Positions 1-13,269 of a stretch of DNA of 64,000 nucleotides are shown one piece after another. The position numbers and the translations under genes were made by a program. How positions within the stretch are numbered: the first letter of the stretch is position 1; every line of letters begins with the position of its first letter. The DNA is from Malacoraja senta. Its lineage: Eukaryota. Location of the stretch: positions 25,360,001-25,424,000 of the forward strand of contig CM075988.1 in NCBI GenBank assembly GCA_038087875.1, written 5' to 3'. The notes under the pieces were generated by a model. The model was not told the DNA's origin, ran no database searches, and saw nothing but the letters and a program-made list of their open reading frames with translations.

Positions 1-1147
1 TAACTAAACCCACTTGCGTAGGAAGTGCTGTTTACAAAGTTTCTACGTTATTTTCAAGCCAATTTTCAATTTGTTTCTTAGCACTGAATTCCTCCAACTT
101 CTCATTCTTTGCTATGTGATATAAATTGGCCACAAATTCTAGAGCAGTTAGCACATGTGTCATTCAAAAACTAAGTTCCTTAACTGGAGAATCCATTTTC
201 AAAATATGGTCCATCCAAGGTAGCATTTTACACAAGGTGTAAACTTTTTTTTAAACTTATCTTTCTCCTCACATCAACCAACGAAAGGGCAGGTGGTTGA
301 GCTCAACACAGAATTTTATCACTTGCCTTTTACAAGAACTGGAAGAGCATGTTTTCTGTCCAACAGCTACATTCAATGAGTGCCAATGGCTGCATTCCAT
401 GTCCACCACACTGGACTAAGGGTCATTGCTCCAATGAAAGATAGGCAGATATGTGAGATATGCATGGTGAAGAGACAGCTCTTGCCACTTGCATGGGAAG
501 TAGCAAGAGGTTTGAATTGACCATGACTTTGTAGGACAATACAAGGCCAGGAAATGAGGAAATGGAGCTCACCTTGTACAGGACTCTTACAGAGATAATG
601 GTATCCAAATCATAAAATACACCACTTAAAGAGATAATTCTAGTCCTTGTCAGCTCCATGTAGAAGCAATCAATTTGGTTCTACTTCTCCGGCCTCCTCC
701 CCCATAGTCATATAAATTCTTTGCTTTCAGATACTTATCCAGCGCCCTTTGACTACTGCAAATGAGTTTGCCTCCACCACATTTCCTTGTCAATGCATTT
801 CTGCATTTCACATCTAGTTGTTGACTGGTGAAAAAGGATAACCACCCATAAGAAAAAGGTCAAGATCAGATTTTTTAGACACTTGGAATTTGCAAGATGG
901 TTTCAGAACATGGTGACTCTCTGCCTGCTGTTCCAGAAGAGAATCTATTGTACTGATGTATGGCCTGATAGAATGCAGAACAAGCTTTTTGCAGTATCTC
1001 TGTACACGTGACAATAAGAAACAAAACAATTATTTTTTTCAAGCTGAGTTGGAGAGGCAAATACTTCCTCATGCTCCTCTGAAACATCTAGGCCAATTTT
1101 ATCAGCTAATACTTGAAATTGGAATAAACCTACTGGCGTAGTCTTAA

Positions 1148-1173
1148 ACCCCCCCCCCCCCCCCCCCCCCCCC
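1148..1173 (+). repeat. Poly(C) tract
   Basis: Homopolymer seen directly. Confidence 0.95.
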
Positions 1174-3577
1174 ATAGTTACTGCTAGTCTGATGTACATA
1201 CTTAGCTCAAATGTACTCAAAGGTCTTGTAGCCAAGAATTGTTTTAACTACACTGAAGGTCTGAACAAAAGTTCAAAATAACAACAGGTGCCCAAAGTAC
1301 AGCCAAGAACCGAACTGCTAACTAATCACAATCACCTAGTCAGTCCTACCTCAATGCTATAGAAACTTAGCAAGATTACACTGAGGGAAGGTATAACAAC
1401 AAAGGGAGAGGGCATTGAAGTACTAAAGTACTAGGATAAATGTGCAATGGACAGTAAACTATAAAGTAAATGGTGTGCAATTGATAGATTGTTGGCTTTA
1501 TCACATAACATTTATAATGACACTCATCTTGAGTGTTAAAGTATGTACGTCAGCAACAATTCAACTCATTTTTTAATGTCCATTTCTAGTGATAGCAAAA
1601 TGAACAGATCTGCAGAAGTAAAATGCAATCGAAGTGAAATATCTTCTTAAATGGGAAAAACGAGGCTCATGGTACAGAGCACAGGGAGAGGTTTAAAAGA
1701 AGAGAAGGCTATACATCTCACAAAGCAGTAGCTAGTTGACCCCAAGCTTGGTTTCAAAGATCAACGAGTTTATCAAGGGAGAACAAAGAATTAATCCGCT
1801 CTGATTGCTTCATTGACATGGTTCAACAAAAAAGCTAATCGTTCTCAAAGACAAAAGGCAATTTTCATTTCCTGATACTGCAAGCAGATCCAAAGACCAT
1901 GGTTCAGATCAGAAAAAAATCCTGAAAAATGCCTTTATACCCAAGAGATTTATCCATAGTAGTTTAATCCTTACTTCAATGTATATGCAACATTGCTGAG
2001 GTCAGCCTGTGATTCTTTGGACAGGTACAATACCATTGATATCTCAAAACTTGTGCTGCATTCAATAAATTGTTCTTTAGATTGCATAGAAGTTTATCAC
2101 AAAACCAAAACAACAACAGTGTGACAATTTCAGAATCAGAATCCACTTCTGTTGTTGCCATTCACTAAATCTATACTACCATGAGCAAAAGCCCACAATA
2201 AGTCTTACAAATTAAAAAAAAATCTGGAATGCTTTGAGCTACAAGAATTCCTTTACAGAGGGATTTTACTTTTAACATCCTTTGGAATTTGTTAATAATT
2301 ATAAAAGAAAGCATCTCCACAAGTGACAAATTATTCTTTCAGAGAGTTTGATCAAATACCACCTACATCTTCCTAACACCTCTATAGTCTGGGTTTTGTG
2401 AAATATGCACACACCTCTAGAATATTACTGTGATGTGTTTCTCCTTTACAATCTTTGACTGGACGTGGACAATATCCAGTTAGGAATTTCATCATTCAGT
2501 TTTATCTAACGTTGTTTCTCTATTGCTTCAATGAATCAAGTGCTCATCGTTCATTCTAACAATCGATTCCAAGTATTGATCTCCTTTCTGCAATAAATCC
2601 TGCCTGGCGTTTCACCCAAACTATCTATCACAAAGTTGTACGATACATAAGCCCTCACTATGCAACTGGCATCTATTTATCATCCAGCACAGCTGCAAAA
2701 ATGTTGGAACTAAACAGTTGAGCTCCAGGCAAAGATCTTGGACGTAATGAAAGATGCAATGATGTAAACAAATTCTTTAACCCGGGAAATAATCCCAGAA
2801 AAGATCTCCACTTCTTCTTCACGGATCACTGCATCTGGAACAGACTGTTAGATGACTGATCAGCAGAATTTTTTTTTTTAAAGCTGGATCAATATTTGTG
2901 GAGAAGGCAGACTGGATGATTTCAGGATCGTTAAGAATGGGAAAATAGGAGAAGATGGAGCTCTGAAAATGGTCTTTTTTCCCTCTGCACTTTCTCTGTA
3001 TCTGTAATGCTGCAACACCACATTCTGGTATGTTTTGCTTTGCACACCACGTTGTACTTGGGTATGGTTTGAATGTACTCATGTGTGGTATAATTTGACT
3101 GGATAGCATGCAAGCCAACGTTTTTCACCGATTCTGGACACACGTGCCAAAAAACAAAACATAATGAAAACCAACTGGGATTGATAGGGCAAAATCATCT
3201 CAAGGACAATTTTTCCTTCTTACCAATACTTAAAATTTGAAGTATACTTAAGAATATATAGATGGTTGCAATAAGCTGACGACTTGGAAGTAACATCTTT
3301 GTTTGATCTGACAAATTTATATATGTTTTTTTAATTCTCATTGAAAACTATAGTGCCTCTTAGAATGTGCTGAAGATTGGCATCCTAAATATTTGACTTT
3401 GTTAATTGTGGATTACCTTAATGCCGAATTCATAAGAAAGCATGAAGACTTAACCTTCCTGTTATTTTATCTGTAATTCCTTCCCTAAGTTACATGAACG
3501 AACAACTTTTCTTTCAAAGTCAATTAACTGGTGTTTCACTCTCAGGGTTGTTGAAAGAAGAGAGCTTGTCAGAGTCA

Positions 3578-3712
3578 ACATAAGGTCATGTGATAGGAGC
3601 AGAAATAGGCCATTCGGCCCATCAAGTCTACTCTGCCATTCAATCACGGCTGATCTATCTCTCCCTCCTAGTCCCATCCTCCTGCCTTCTCTCCATAACC
3701 TCTGACACCTGT
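3578..3712 (-). mobile_element. CR1-type LINE 3' tail fragment
   Basis: Same ggccattcggcccatcaagtctact tail as other copies in the window. Confidence 0.8.
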
Positions 3713-6700
3713 GGGGAGAAGGAGCTGAAGGAGGCATGGAAGAACTAAACCAGCCAGGAACCAAGTGTTCTTTGACCCACATAATTCATCCCATCCCTCT
3801 GCATTGCAGATCTATGACGGAATTAGACAGTGTCCATGGCAATTCAACCGATATGGCAGGCTTTGACTCAAAATGTATCTGCAGAAAGCAGTTTTAATCC
3901 TGAGTACAATGCAGATTGAATATGACAGACACAAAGATTAGAGCTCACTGTTAAATCAAAATGCATTTTGAATGCAGATGTAAACAACATTGGCATCATA
4001 TGGATTTTTTGGTTTCACCATCATTCAGTCATTTATTTGCACCAAATCATTTTGATAAATATATAAATAGGGTTTTAATATGCTATTTTGCACACAGGAT
4101 CTAAACTATGATAAATCCATCTGCTATAAAGAACAAGAGGACAACTTAAAACGTTCAAAACCCGAAACGGAAATACAAACACTGAGGAAAATATTAAAAG
4201 CTTTGAAGAATTCTCAGCTGATTGTCACTTTCATAAATCTCCTTGACAAATATGGCTCGCTGCTATATATACACCTTGAGGGAGGGGACAGTTGCAAGTC
4301 ACCGCTGCATCATGGAAAATGCTCCAATGCTCCCCAAGTCAAACTCGGAGTTTGGTCAAATGACCCACAAATTCTATTGGCAAAGCAAAACACTGTGCCT
4401 CAAAATATTTTTACTGCAAGATATTTCAGAGAGATGAACATGTCGTGATGAGGTGATAAATGGATGCATGTCTTGATTGTTCTAATTTTGGGCTTACAGA
4501 TATTCTTTTTCAGATACTGACTGATTGCTTAATGTGTTAAATGTTTGTCTTTTAATTTCACTATATTTGGGTTGAACTATATAACACCGCAGAATATTTT
4601 GCTCATGAAAGTATCACAGGTCCCTGTCTCCCCCCACCCCAGACATAATGAACTAGAACATCTCTCAGAGTTTATGCAACAAAAATACATCAGCTCACAA
4701 CTTAGCATTTCAAAAGTAAACATGATCAACTGCAAGCAATTCTGAAATGACTGCGACACTTGTGTAGGAGGGAACTGCAGATACTGGTTTACACCAAAGA
4801 TAGACACAAAGTGCTGGAGTAACTCAGCGGGACAGGCAGCATCTCTGGTGAGAAGGAATGGGTGACTTCGGCAGGGACTGAAAATGGGTAGCATTGCATT
4901 TCTAATTAATTGTTTTTCGGGCTTGATATTTGATTCCACTTTTTTATAATGTGTTGAATATTGGATAGGGCCTATACTCTATATATGCCAGATACTCTAG
5001 TAGTAGCTTACAGGATGTTTCACTCTTGTTCTAATATTCTGGTGTAAAATTCAAGTTGGTCTGGAAGCAATGTGGTCATGTTGTTATGTGTCACCATTTA
5101 TAGATCCTTCCTAATATTCAGCCCTTTAGTGACAAACAGAATCGAAAATCAAATCGAAAATGGGACCTATTGAGAGATGCAATGCTGCCAAATGTCTGTC
5201 CCCAGTTATGTAAAATTACTACTGTTTAAAGTAGGCATCTCTTCGCATTTCCCCTTTTCCTGTTAATGACAAATGTAGTGTAATTCTGGATAATGGTCCT
5301 CTAGCATTAAGGAGGGACAGTTATTTTAATGGACCAGCGCATTTTGTTCTATGAATTATCATGCGACATTACCTGCCCCATTTGTCAGTCTGGATGTACC
5401 AACAGGAAAGAAAATGCTAGACACCAAATGAAAGGCCTAAGAGGATCATACATCATTAATTCATTTTGTTTTATACTGCACACAAGCACAGAGCCCTGGC
5501 TCACAAGCATGCATCTCTGGCTTTATCTTTGCAGTTTCTTCTGGACCTTATTTGGGATTTACAAACTATAGTATTCCCAGGACTTGTGAAAATCAGGAAA
5601 TGGACAGCAGAAGGATCAAGCTTGGAGCTATGAGCAACGGAGGCAAGTCACCGCAGTAATTAAGAAAGAAGCTTGCATGTCTGCTCATTTTCTAGTGCAT
5701 GCTGATACGAATGAGCACCAAAATATATAGAAATGTAACAAAAATGCATTGAGTGAAGCCAAAATATTTGTGAATGATAAAACAGTCTTTGCAACTGGGC
5801 TGCAACAATGGACACTCCTGAAACAGATGATTATCCTGTGCAATTCATTATTCTTTGAATTACGGCAACCTAGTTATTAAATCATGATCAATGGTACAGT
5901 TGTAAGTATGATGTACGGCATTGAAATAAAAGTTTGATGACTGCACTGGGCTTCTCAGATTAGAAGAGGCCTACGTTTTATTCAATAAACTCATGCCAAC
6001 TGGACACTCAGCAAAATGATCCCCATCAACCCTGGAGGTGAGGAAACCTCATACACGACTGTATTGGAATTTACACAGTGGGAGAAAGGATAATGTCTTA
6101 AATAAGCACAGGACTTTACAATTTTACACACTGACTGATGTTATTCCCCATTACCTTCAATGGTGATTAAAATCACTGAAGGACAAAATTGGGGCTAGTC
6201 TTTGTCATTTTCTGTTGGGCACATTGAAGTAAAATCACATTTGCGAACATCACATTTATGATTTCTGGAGTACACAGAAATCTTTTCATTGAGGGCATGT
6301 CTTTGCTGGGAGTGGGAAAATAGAGGAAAGATAATATATACAATGTGACAGTTAAGTAATACCTGCTAGACAGACAGAGAAAGGGATTTAAGGGAAAGGT
6401 AATCTTTTGCGTACGAGATGTCCACCATTGTATCATTTGCACTGTGAATATGTGAGTAACATAGAATAGACTGGTGAAATTATGACTATTGCCTTTTGTA
6501 CTCCCTCTAGCTGTCATGTAAACTGAGGAAAACCTCAAATATCGTTGCTTACAGGTTAGAAAATTAAATGCAATTCATGGTCAACATGACAAGGATTCAG
6601 TTAATTTGACTTCCAATAATCAACATATTTCTATAGTCATCCACAGGAAGTTCTTTTTTTCAAATCACTCACTGTGGTCGACTTAATTTCAACATTTCCT

Positions 6701-7092
6701 TTTGCCAGATGCTTGAAGACACACAGTAAAACACATTATAAAAAGAAAAGTAAACTCTGCGTTTTGGTCTTTCATTCTCAAACAGAATACTTTGAAGAAC
6801 CTCCAAGGGATAGTTCTGAGAAAAATAAATAAATGGTTTAACATTATTTAACTTGTGCCTGAAAATGGGTATCTTGCAGACCAATGATAGCGAATTATTG
6901 TGATGGATATAAACTCAATCCACTCACTATTTAAAGTTCTCATAACTAAATATAAATGCCTTGATCCAAATTCTGGAAATACCCAAGCATGATGACCTAA
7001 CTTCTTATGAGATGTAAAGTTATACATTTCCAGTTTTGTACAGAGATATCATAAAGATCCTTCAAAGAGGTGAAGGGTTTATCTCCATCTCC

Positions 7093-7387
7093 TAAAGCCC
7101 CTGTCCCACTTTCCCGAGTTACTCATGAATTCTCCCGAGTTTTCCCCTTGATTCAAACTCGGGGAATGTCCGTAGCGAGTCTGTAGGAGTCCGTAGACGG
7201 CTCGTAATGCCAGCCGTAGGTACTCGGGGCATCAGGTAAGTCGGGACGTTTTTTCAGCATGTTGAAAAATGTCCACGAGTAAAAAAAAATAGCCCCGAGT
7301 ACCTACGGCTGGCATCTCCGAGTTTGAATCAAGGGGAAAACTCGGGAGAATTCGTGAGTAACTTGGGAAAGTGGGACAGGGGCTTTA
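7093..7387. mobile_element. Palindromic MITE (non-autonomous DNA transposon), TA-flanked
   Basis: About 70-bp terminal inverted repeats taaagcccctgtcccactttcccgag.../...ttgggaaagtgggacaggggcttta. Confidence 0.88.
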
Positions 7388-8851
7388 CACGTCTCCAACT
7401 GCCTTCCTTTCACCTTTAAATAACATCCACCAAACGCAACACTCCTAATTAAGAGACGTCAATATTTTAACAAGAAGCACAAGTGGCAATATTCAACTTT
7501 ACCTCCAGGATAGTCAAACTTTCATCCTGTTAAAATCTCTCGGAAGAACATTATGTCTATTCTGGTGACGAAAAAACCCCGGTTCACCACACACACAAAC
7601 CATCACACATTTATGAGTTTGAATGTTAAGGTTTCGTTGCGATTTATCTTTCAAGAATGTGAACTTTCAAATATTTAGCCAAAAAGGAAAATGGGGAAGC
7701 AGAGGAGTTACATAGTGCCCTTTAAGGGATAAAGCAGACCCATATTTAAATAAAACTTAGCTTACATAACACTCTCAAAGCTCTCAGCTCAAACATTCCA
7801 CCCGTTAGATTACACCATATGTAAGATAGGTGAAGGTTAAAGGCCTCTGCTATTCAAGTTTGGCAACAAGCCTATGTTGAAGGAAAATATCAAGGAACTG
7901 ACTATGAAGACACATAGGGACACATGTGATCATACAACTTTCACGGCCCCTCTCCATCATTTCAGTGCCCCATTGAGAGAGCTCAGTTAAAACAATTCAG
8001 ATTTATTCCACAATCCCATTGTGAATTACTGTAAGTATGGAGGTGATTGTGGAATCAGTGGTGTAATATTGTTGGCTCAAGTCTAAGCATCACTCCTTGT
8101 GAGAGCAGCCTCTCTGGAGTGTGGATTTGGTGGTTTTCGACTGCAATACAAATATATCCATATAATTAGATTAGGAGTTTTTATAAGGAAAAGGGCACTC
8201 ACAAAATCACTCATAAAATGCACAATAAATAAACACTGTTGTACTAACTGGGGTGGAAGTACAGCATTTTGTAACTATGTGGAGCTGGGGCTCATGTCAA
8301 GATTACCTCACATGCAATTCCTTTGGTTTACAATTGCAAATCTGTTTGCTATTTGGCTTCCATTAAATATAACATGGATAAATAAATTAAAATCTCTTGC
8401 CATTCCAGAGGATTGGAGATAAGCAAGGTCCTCCTGTTCTATGTAATCGGACCAGAAGGCAAGGTCCCACAATCCTAGGTAGGAGTAGGAGTTATCACTG
8501 CTCCAGTAAATGCATTTCAAGTCAGCTACTGCTGCTTCTGAAACACTTTATATAGATTCCCATGCCCCAGTTATTGCTCCAGTAAACCACAGGTCTGAGG
8601 GAAACTGGGTCAAACACAATTCAAAAATAAATTAGCAGACTGAAGTTCTTAACCATTTTTAGGTCCTCTTAAATCAACTCAATTTCTAACCAAACCTAAC
8701 TTCAGAACTGTATCTTGCTCTGACCTAAACACAATTAGTCCTGTAATCACGTCATCTCATTCATAATTAAAGATATCAGATGAAATAAATACAAGTCCTT
8801 CACAACAAGGTACTGAACTTGCATATAACACAACAATCAAATAATTAATGC

Positions 8852-8927
8852 TACAGGGCACTGCAGAGTACATGGCTACAGAGCACTGCAGAGCGTACAC
8901 CCCTGCAGAGCACTGCAGAGAGTATAC
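8852..8927 (+). repeat. Short tandem repeat, about 26-bp unit x3 (cagagcactgcagag core)
   Basis: Three gcactgcagag copies seen directly. Confidence 0.7.
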
Positions 8928-9048
8928 TAAGCAGGGTAGTGAAATGAACCTGCTCATACAGAGTATGGAGGAAAGGGGAAAGGAGGTGAAGTAAGTGGAA
9001 GCACATGCTAGTAATGGCTCTATCTTCCAGTGATGGTGGATCTCTTCA

Positions 9049-9186
9049 TTAGTCTTGGAACAAGATATCCCTCCAGCTAAAACTATGATTGGGCCCATGG
9101 GTGAGTGGTAGGATGGGAGGATCGACCAGCTGCCATATCCCCGCGTCTTCCAGCTCTTCGCACGCACAAAATCCCAAATATGGAAT
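9049..9186 (-). CDS. UBASH3B: UBASH3B terminal coding exon 14 (138 nt including TAA): IPYLGFCACEELEDAGIWQLVDPPILPLTHGPNHSFSWRDILFQD*
   Basis: Manual translation matches recalled human C-terminus IPYLGFCSCEE...DPPILPLTHGP; polypyrimidine tract plus tag acceptor. Confidence 0.96.
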   Translation of the reverse strand: MPYLGFCACEELEDAGIWQLVDPPILPLTHGPNHSFSWRDILFQD

Positions 9187-9329
9187 CTATAGGAAGAAAG
9201 GAAAATATGTGAGGTGCCTGAATTTCAGGTGCATTCAGAGCCAATTGGCTCAACAATTCTGAAACCTGCAACCTGCCTCTGCATCCTAACGTTGGTCTAG
9301 AACACCTTTGTAATTGGTTTCTCCCTTTT

Positions 9330-9970
9330 CTTCCATAACCTAGGGCAGTGTAGAAGGATTTTGGCACACTGGCCTTCATCAGTCAGGGAATTGAGTGTAA
9401 ACGTTGAGACATGACGCACAAGACATTGGTCAGACCGCACTTGGAGAAATGTGTTTAGTTTTTGTCACCCTGCTTATAGGAAAGATGCCACCGAGCTGGA
9501 CAGTGTGCAGAGATGATTTACCAGTATATTGCCCAAACTAGAGGGCCTGAGCTACAAGGAGAGATTGGGCAGGCAAAGACTTTCTTCCTTGGAGCACACA
9601 AGGCGAAAGGGTGTTCTTAAGGAGGTGTACACATTTTTGAGGAGAATTGACAGAGTGATTGCAGAGTCTTTTTCCCAGAGGAGGGGAATCAAGAAACTGG
9701 CAAGATAGGTTTAAGGTGAGGGGGGGAAAGATTGAACAGGAACCTGAGGCACAACCTTTTCATTCAGGGAGTGCCAGAGGAAGTAGTCAAAGCAGGTACA
9801 ATATCAACATTTAAAAGACATTTGGTGAAGTATATGGATATGAATGGTTTAGAGAGATATGGGCCAGGCAGCGACAAAAGGGACTAGCTTGGATGAGGTA
9901 TCTTGGTTGGCATAGACAACTTGGGCTGATGGGCCCATTTCCATGCCGTATCACTCTATGGCTAATTCTA
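9330..9970 (+). mobile_element. Decayed CR1-type LINE 3' region
   Basis: Degenerate copy of the RPHLE..VQFW / VQRRFTR segment seen intact at 54846. Confidence 0.8.
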
Positions 9971-9976
9971 TGAAAC

Positions 9977-10302
9977 TTTAGTTTTGGTTTTAGAGATTCA
10001 GCACAGAAACAGGCCCTTCGGCCCACCGAGTCCACACAGGCCAGCGATCCCCGCACATTAACATTACCACACACACACACACACACAAGGGACAATTTAC
10101 ACTTATACCAAGCCATTTAACCTACAAATCTGTTCATCTTTGGAGTGTGGGAGGAAACCAAAGATCTCAGAGAAAACCCATGTGGTCACGTGGCAAACGT
10201 ACGAACTCCGTACAGACAGCACCCGTAGTCGGGTTCGAACCCGGGTTTCTGGCGCAGCAAGCGCTGGAAGGCAGTAACTCTACCGCTGCGCCACCGTGCC
10301 GC
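9977..10302 (-). mobile_element. Near full-length tRNA-derived V-SINE (HE1-like)
   Basis: A box ggtggcgcagcggtag, B box ggttcgaaccc, V-SINE core ggtttcctcccacactccaaaga, CR1-like tail. Confidence 0.88.
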
Positions 10303-11113
10303 TTTACTAAATGAAGAATCAAGTTCAACATTTAGCAATTGTATTTTGAAAGTGGTATTTACTCTACTTCCACCAAACAGGGCAGAACAATTCAGGCATC
10401 AATAAAATATTTTTCTTGTTCCCGCTCTGAATGTTTCTTCGTTTCTATGCCATTTTTGTTTAATTGCTTTTTCACATTCCCCCTTGCACATTTGCAACAC
10501 ATCTCGCGTCAGTCACACATAAATCACTAGTTGTAACAAACTAAAACTATCTGGGCACGTGGTGCTGTAAAAACCACATCGGTGCCGAATCGGTAAAGAA
10601 TTATAATCTTCTTATTTTCTTACTAACAGGATCGGCACACAAGAAATGTACTGGAAAGCACTGATCCTTATATCTCCTAAAATACCCAGCTATCCCAGAA
10701 AACAGTGACTGAACCAGCCAAAATAGTCCACATGGCCAATAATTCCAGATTTCTAGCCTTCTTTGTTGATGTGGGTTCAGATTTAAATTTCATTTCTATT
10801 TCCCTCAAAATAGCCCCAATGTCCCTCAGCCCTGTGTCCCTCTGTACAAGCAGACTGTGTCCAAGCCCTATGATTTTGACCTGATGATGAAACCATGGCC
10901 TGATAATTAACCAGCTGTAATGCTGCACCTCTCATTTACGTAAATCCCACTCCCAGTTAAGCTCTCAGCCCCTCCAGATATCTCACATAATTGGAAACAT
11001 TAAGGGCTTAGACTGAACAAAAGATGGATATGCTAATGCGGTTGTTATTGGCTTATTCCCACACTATTATAATAGCATTATCTCACCCAGCTGGAAGGCA
11101 CAATCACACTAAC

Positions 11114-11223
11114 CTTTCGAACCACTTGCACAAAGTCCTTGGAGTTGCGTGCGGAGAGCCCCTGTAGTTGCCGAGTGCAGGCTTCTAGTGAGGAGGCGTG
11201 TGCTACAATCAGAATGTTGTTAC
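11114..11223 (-). CDS. UBASH3B: UBASH3B exon 13 (110 nt): NNILIVAHASSLEACTRQLQGLSARNSKDFVQVVRK; second catalytic His
   Basis: ORF 11078..11320 translation; tttcag acceptor, gttagt donor. Confidence 0.96.
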
Positions 11224-12689
11224 CTGAAAGGAAAGAGCAAAACAACATGCATCTGGGGTCGCATCCAGCGCAAGGAAGAGAACTTGCAGCATCACAGTCC
11301 ATATTCACAACTCCGCACATTGCTTTAGAGCTGGTGAAACACCTTCAGTAGACATTGTAGACCCATATCCAAAGTCCACAGTCAGTGATGTGATACGGAA
11401 CCATTTCACGTCATTAGTGGCATTGGGGTGGGTTAAGATCAGCTGTGCTTCCCTGCCCTTCTCAAACAGTACCCTAGGATATTATACATCCAGCTGTGGA
11501 GCACAGCCTGCTGATGTTCAATAATTCATTAATACAAGGGTCTCCCTCAGTGCTGGATTTGACCGTCAGCCCCAGACTGAAATAAGGAAAACAATCTAAA
11601 TGCAGAGGCTTGGAAATCTTTGGAATTCTCCATCCCCAAGGCCATTGGATCCTCAGTTGTTAAGGATTTTTACCGTTGCAATTAATACCCAATGTCTGAA
11701 GAAGGGTCTCGACCCAAAACGTCACCCGTTCCTTCTCTCCAGAGATACTGCCTGTCCCGCTGACATACTCCAGCATTTTGTATCTATCTGGTTTAAACCA
11801 GCATCTGCAGTTCCTTCCTACACACATTCCCTTATGTCTTTTGGATTTAAAAATCTGTCAAAGTGGATTTACCATATACTTAGTGGATGGCAGAGCAAAC
11901 ACGGTGTAGACAGTCTGTTCCTGCTTCTTCATATATTCAGTCAGTGAGCGCACACAACTCTCATCCTACAAGGCAGATTAATTGTACGGTGGTCTTCCAT
12001 GGGTTAAACAATCAGTTTTATGATCTAGAAGCTTGGACTAACAAACCAGAGACCAAAGCTTGGATCTCAACATGGCAGCTGGGGAATTTTAATTCAGATA
12101 AGCAATCCAGAATTTGGGGGGGAAAAAAACACAAATAGTTTTTGTCTGGCAAAGCAGATCTCAAACCTGCTGGAGTGTTACAAGAAACATCTGGAATCAC
12201 TAACATCCTTCAGGGAGAAAATCAGCCCAACCTCAGCCCATGTAGTTGTGAATGCCCAAAGTGACCTGCAAAGTCAATCAATTGATGGGGCAATAACAAT
12301 CCCGACCAACCCAGAAACACAAATTAAAAATTATAATGGAGACACCAGAGACTTCAGACGTTGGCATCTGGAGCAAAACACAAGCTGTTGGAGGAATAAT
12401 AGGTTAAACAGTAGCTAGAGTCTCTCGTCCACCAACCCCCCTCACCAGGATCCACCCATCGCTTGCTAGCTCCTGCCTCTCCTCGTCCCCACGTTATAGT
12501 GGCCATCTCCCCTTTACACACAAACACACCGTGTTCATGCTGGGTCTTGACCTGACCCCCTGACCAGCTGCTTGTGCATTGCCTAAACAAACACAAGTAT
12601 GTTGCCGTTGAAAGTTTTACGCACCGTGCAGAGAGGTCTTTGGGTTGTTAAAGTAATTACTAACAGTATTTCCTAACAGATATGAACTG

Positions 12690-13012
12690 AAAATTGAAGA
12701 TAGACACCAAAAGCTGGAGTAACTCAACGGGTCAGACAGCATCGCTGGAGAACAGGAATAGGTGCCGTTTTGGGTCAAAACTCTTCTTCAGACTGGGAGT
12801 CAGGGGACACTAATTTTAAGGAGATGGAATTCAGGCCAGTGTACGCCTGGAACAGGGATTGTTCAATGTACTCTACAAGGAAGCAGGCAGAGCTGGGGCC
12901 CATGCGAGTGCCCATAGCTACACCTTGGATTAGGAGGAAATGGGAGGAGTCGAAGGAGAAGTTGTTAAGAGTGAGGTCCAGCTCTGCAAGGCGGCGAAGA
13001 GTTGTTAGTAGA
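12690..13012 (-). mobile_element. Penelope-like element fragment: RT motif region plus terminal repeat
   Basis: Translation LAELDLTLNNFSFDSSHFLLIQGVAMGTRMGPS matches the PLE RT GxAMG motif; followed by the common terminal repeat. Confidence 0.88.
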
Positions 13013-13049
13013 AAACTGAAAATTCCCTGGCAATGAATAAAAGAGTTAC

Positions 13050-13156
13050 CTTTAAGTTTACATTCAGCCAGGATATCCCTCATCACCTGGCAGCTCCTGC
13101 TAATGTACGTCTCATAGGGTTCTGAAATCCCAAGTTTGTTCACTGGTATGTGAGGT
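13050..13156 (-). CDS. UBASH3B: UBASH3B exon 12 (107 nt): PHIPVNKLGISEPYETYISRSCQVMRDILAECKLK
   Basis: First part of ORF 12775..13167; ttgcag acceptor, gtaact donor. Confidence 0.95.
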
Positions 13157-13269
13157 CTGCAACACACAAATACCAGTTAGCAATGTACAGGAACAAAAAT
13201 CAGACGAATGATGAGCAGAGACACAGCCTGATGGGATGAAAACTCTTTGTACTGGTTCAATGGTGAGAG

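Larger units (their letters stand above)
5960..9048 (-). other. UBASH3B: Probable long UBASH3B 3' UTR (end uncertain)
   Basis: Follows the stop codon; retroposon-poor and AT-rich, with ATTTA-type tracts on the minus strand (about 6825, 8225); minus-strand AATAAA candidates at 8002-8007 and 5977-5982. Confidence 0.4.

Noticed and set aside
420..660. EEMELTL / FELT peptides suggesting KNL1 MELT repeats
   Set aside because: Only one good motif in a stop-riddled frame and no other KNL1 similarity that I can recognise.
10225..10302. tRNA-like sequence with A and B boxes
   Set aside because: Head of a V-SINE, continuous with the SINE core; not a tRNA gene.
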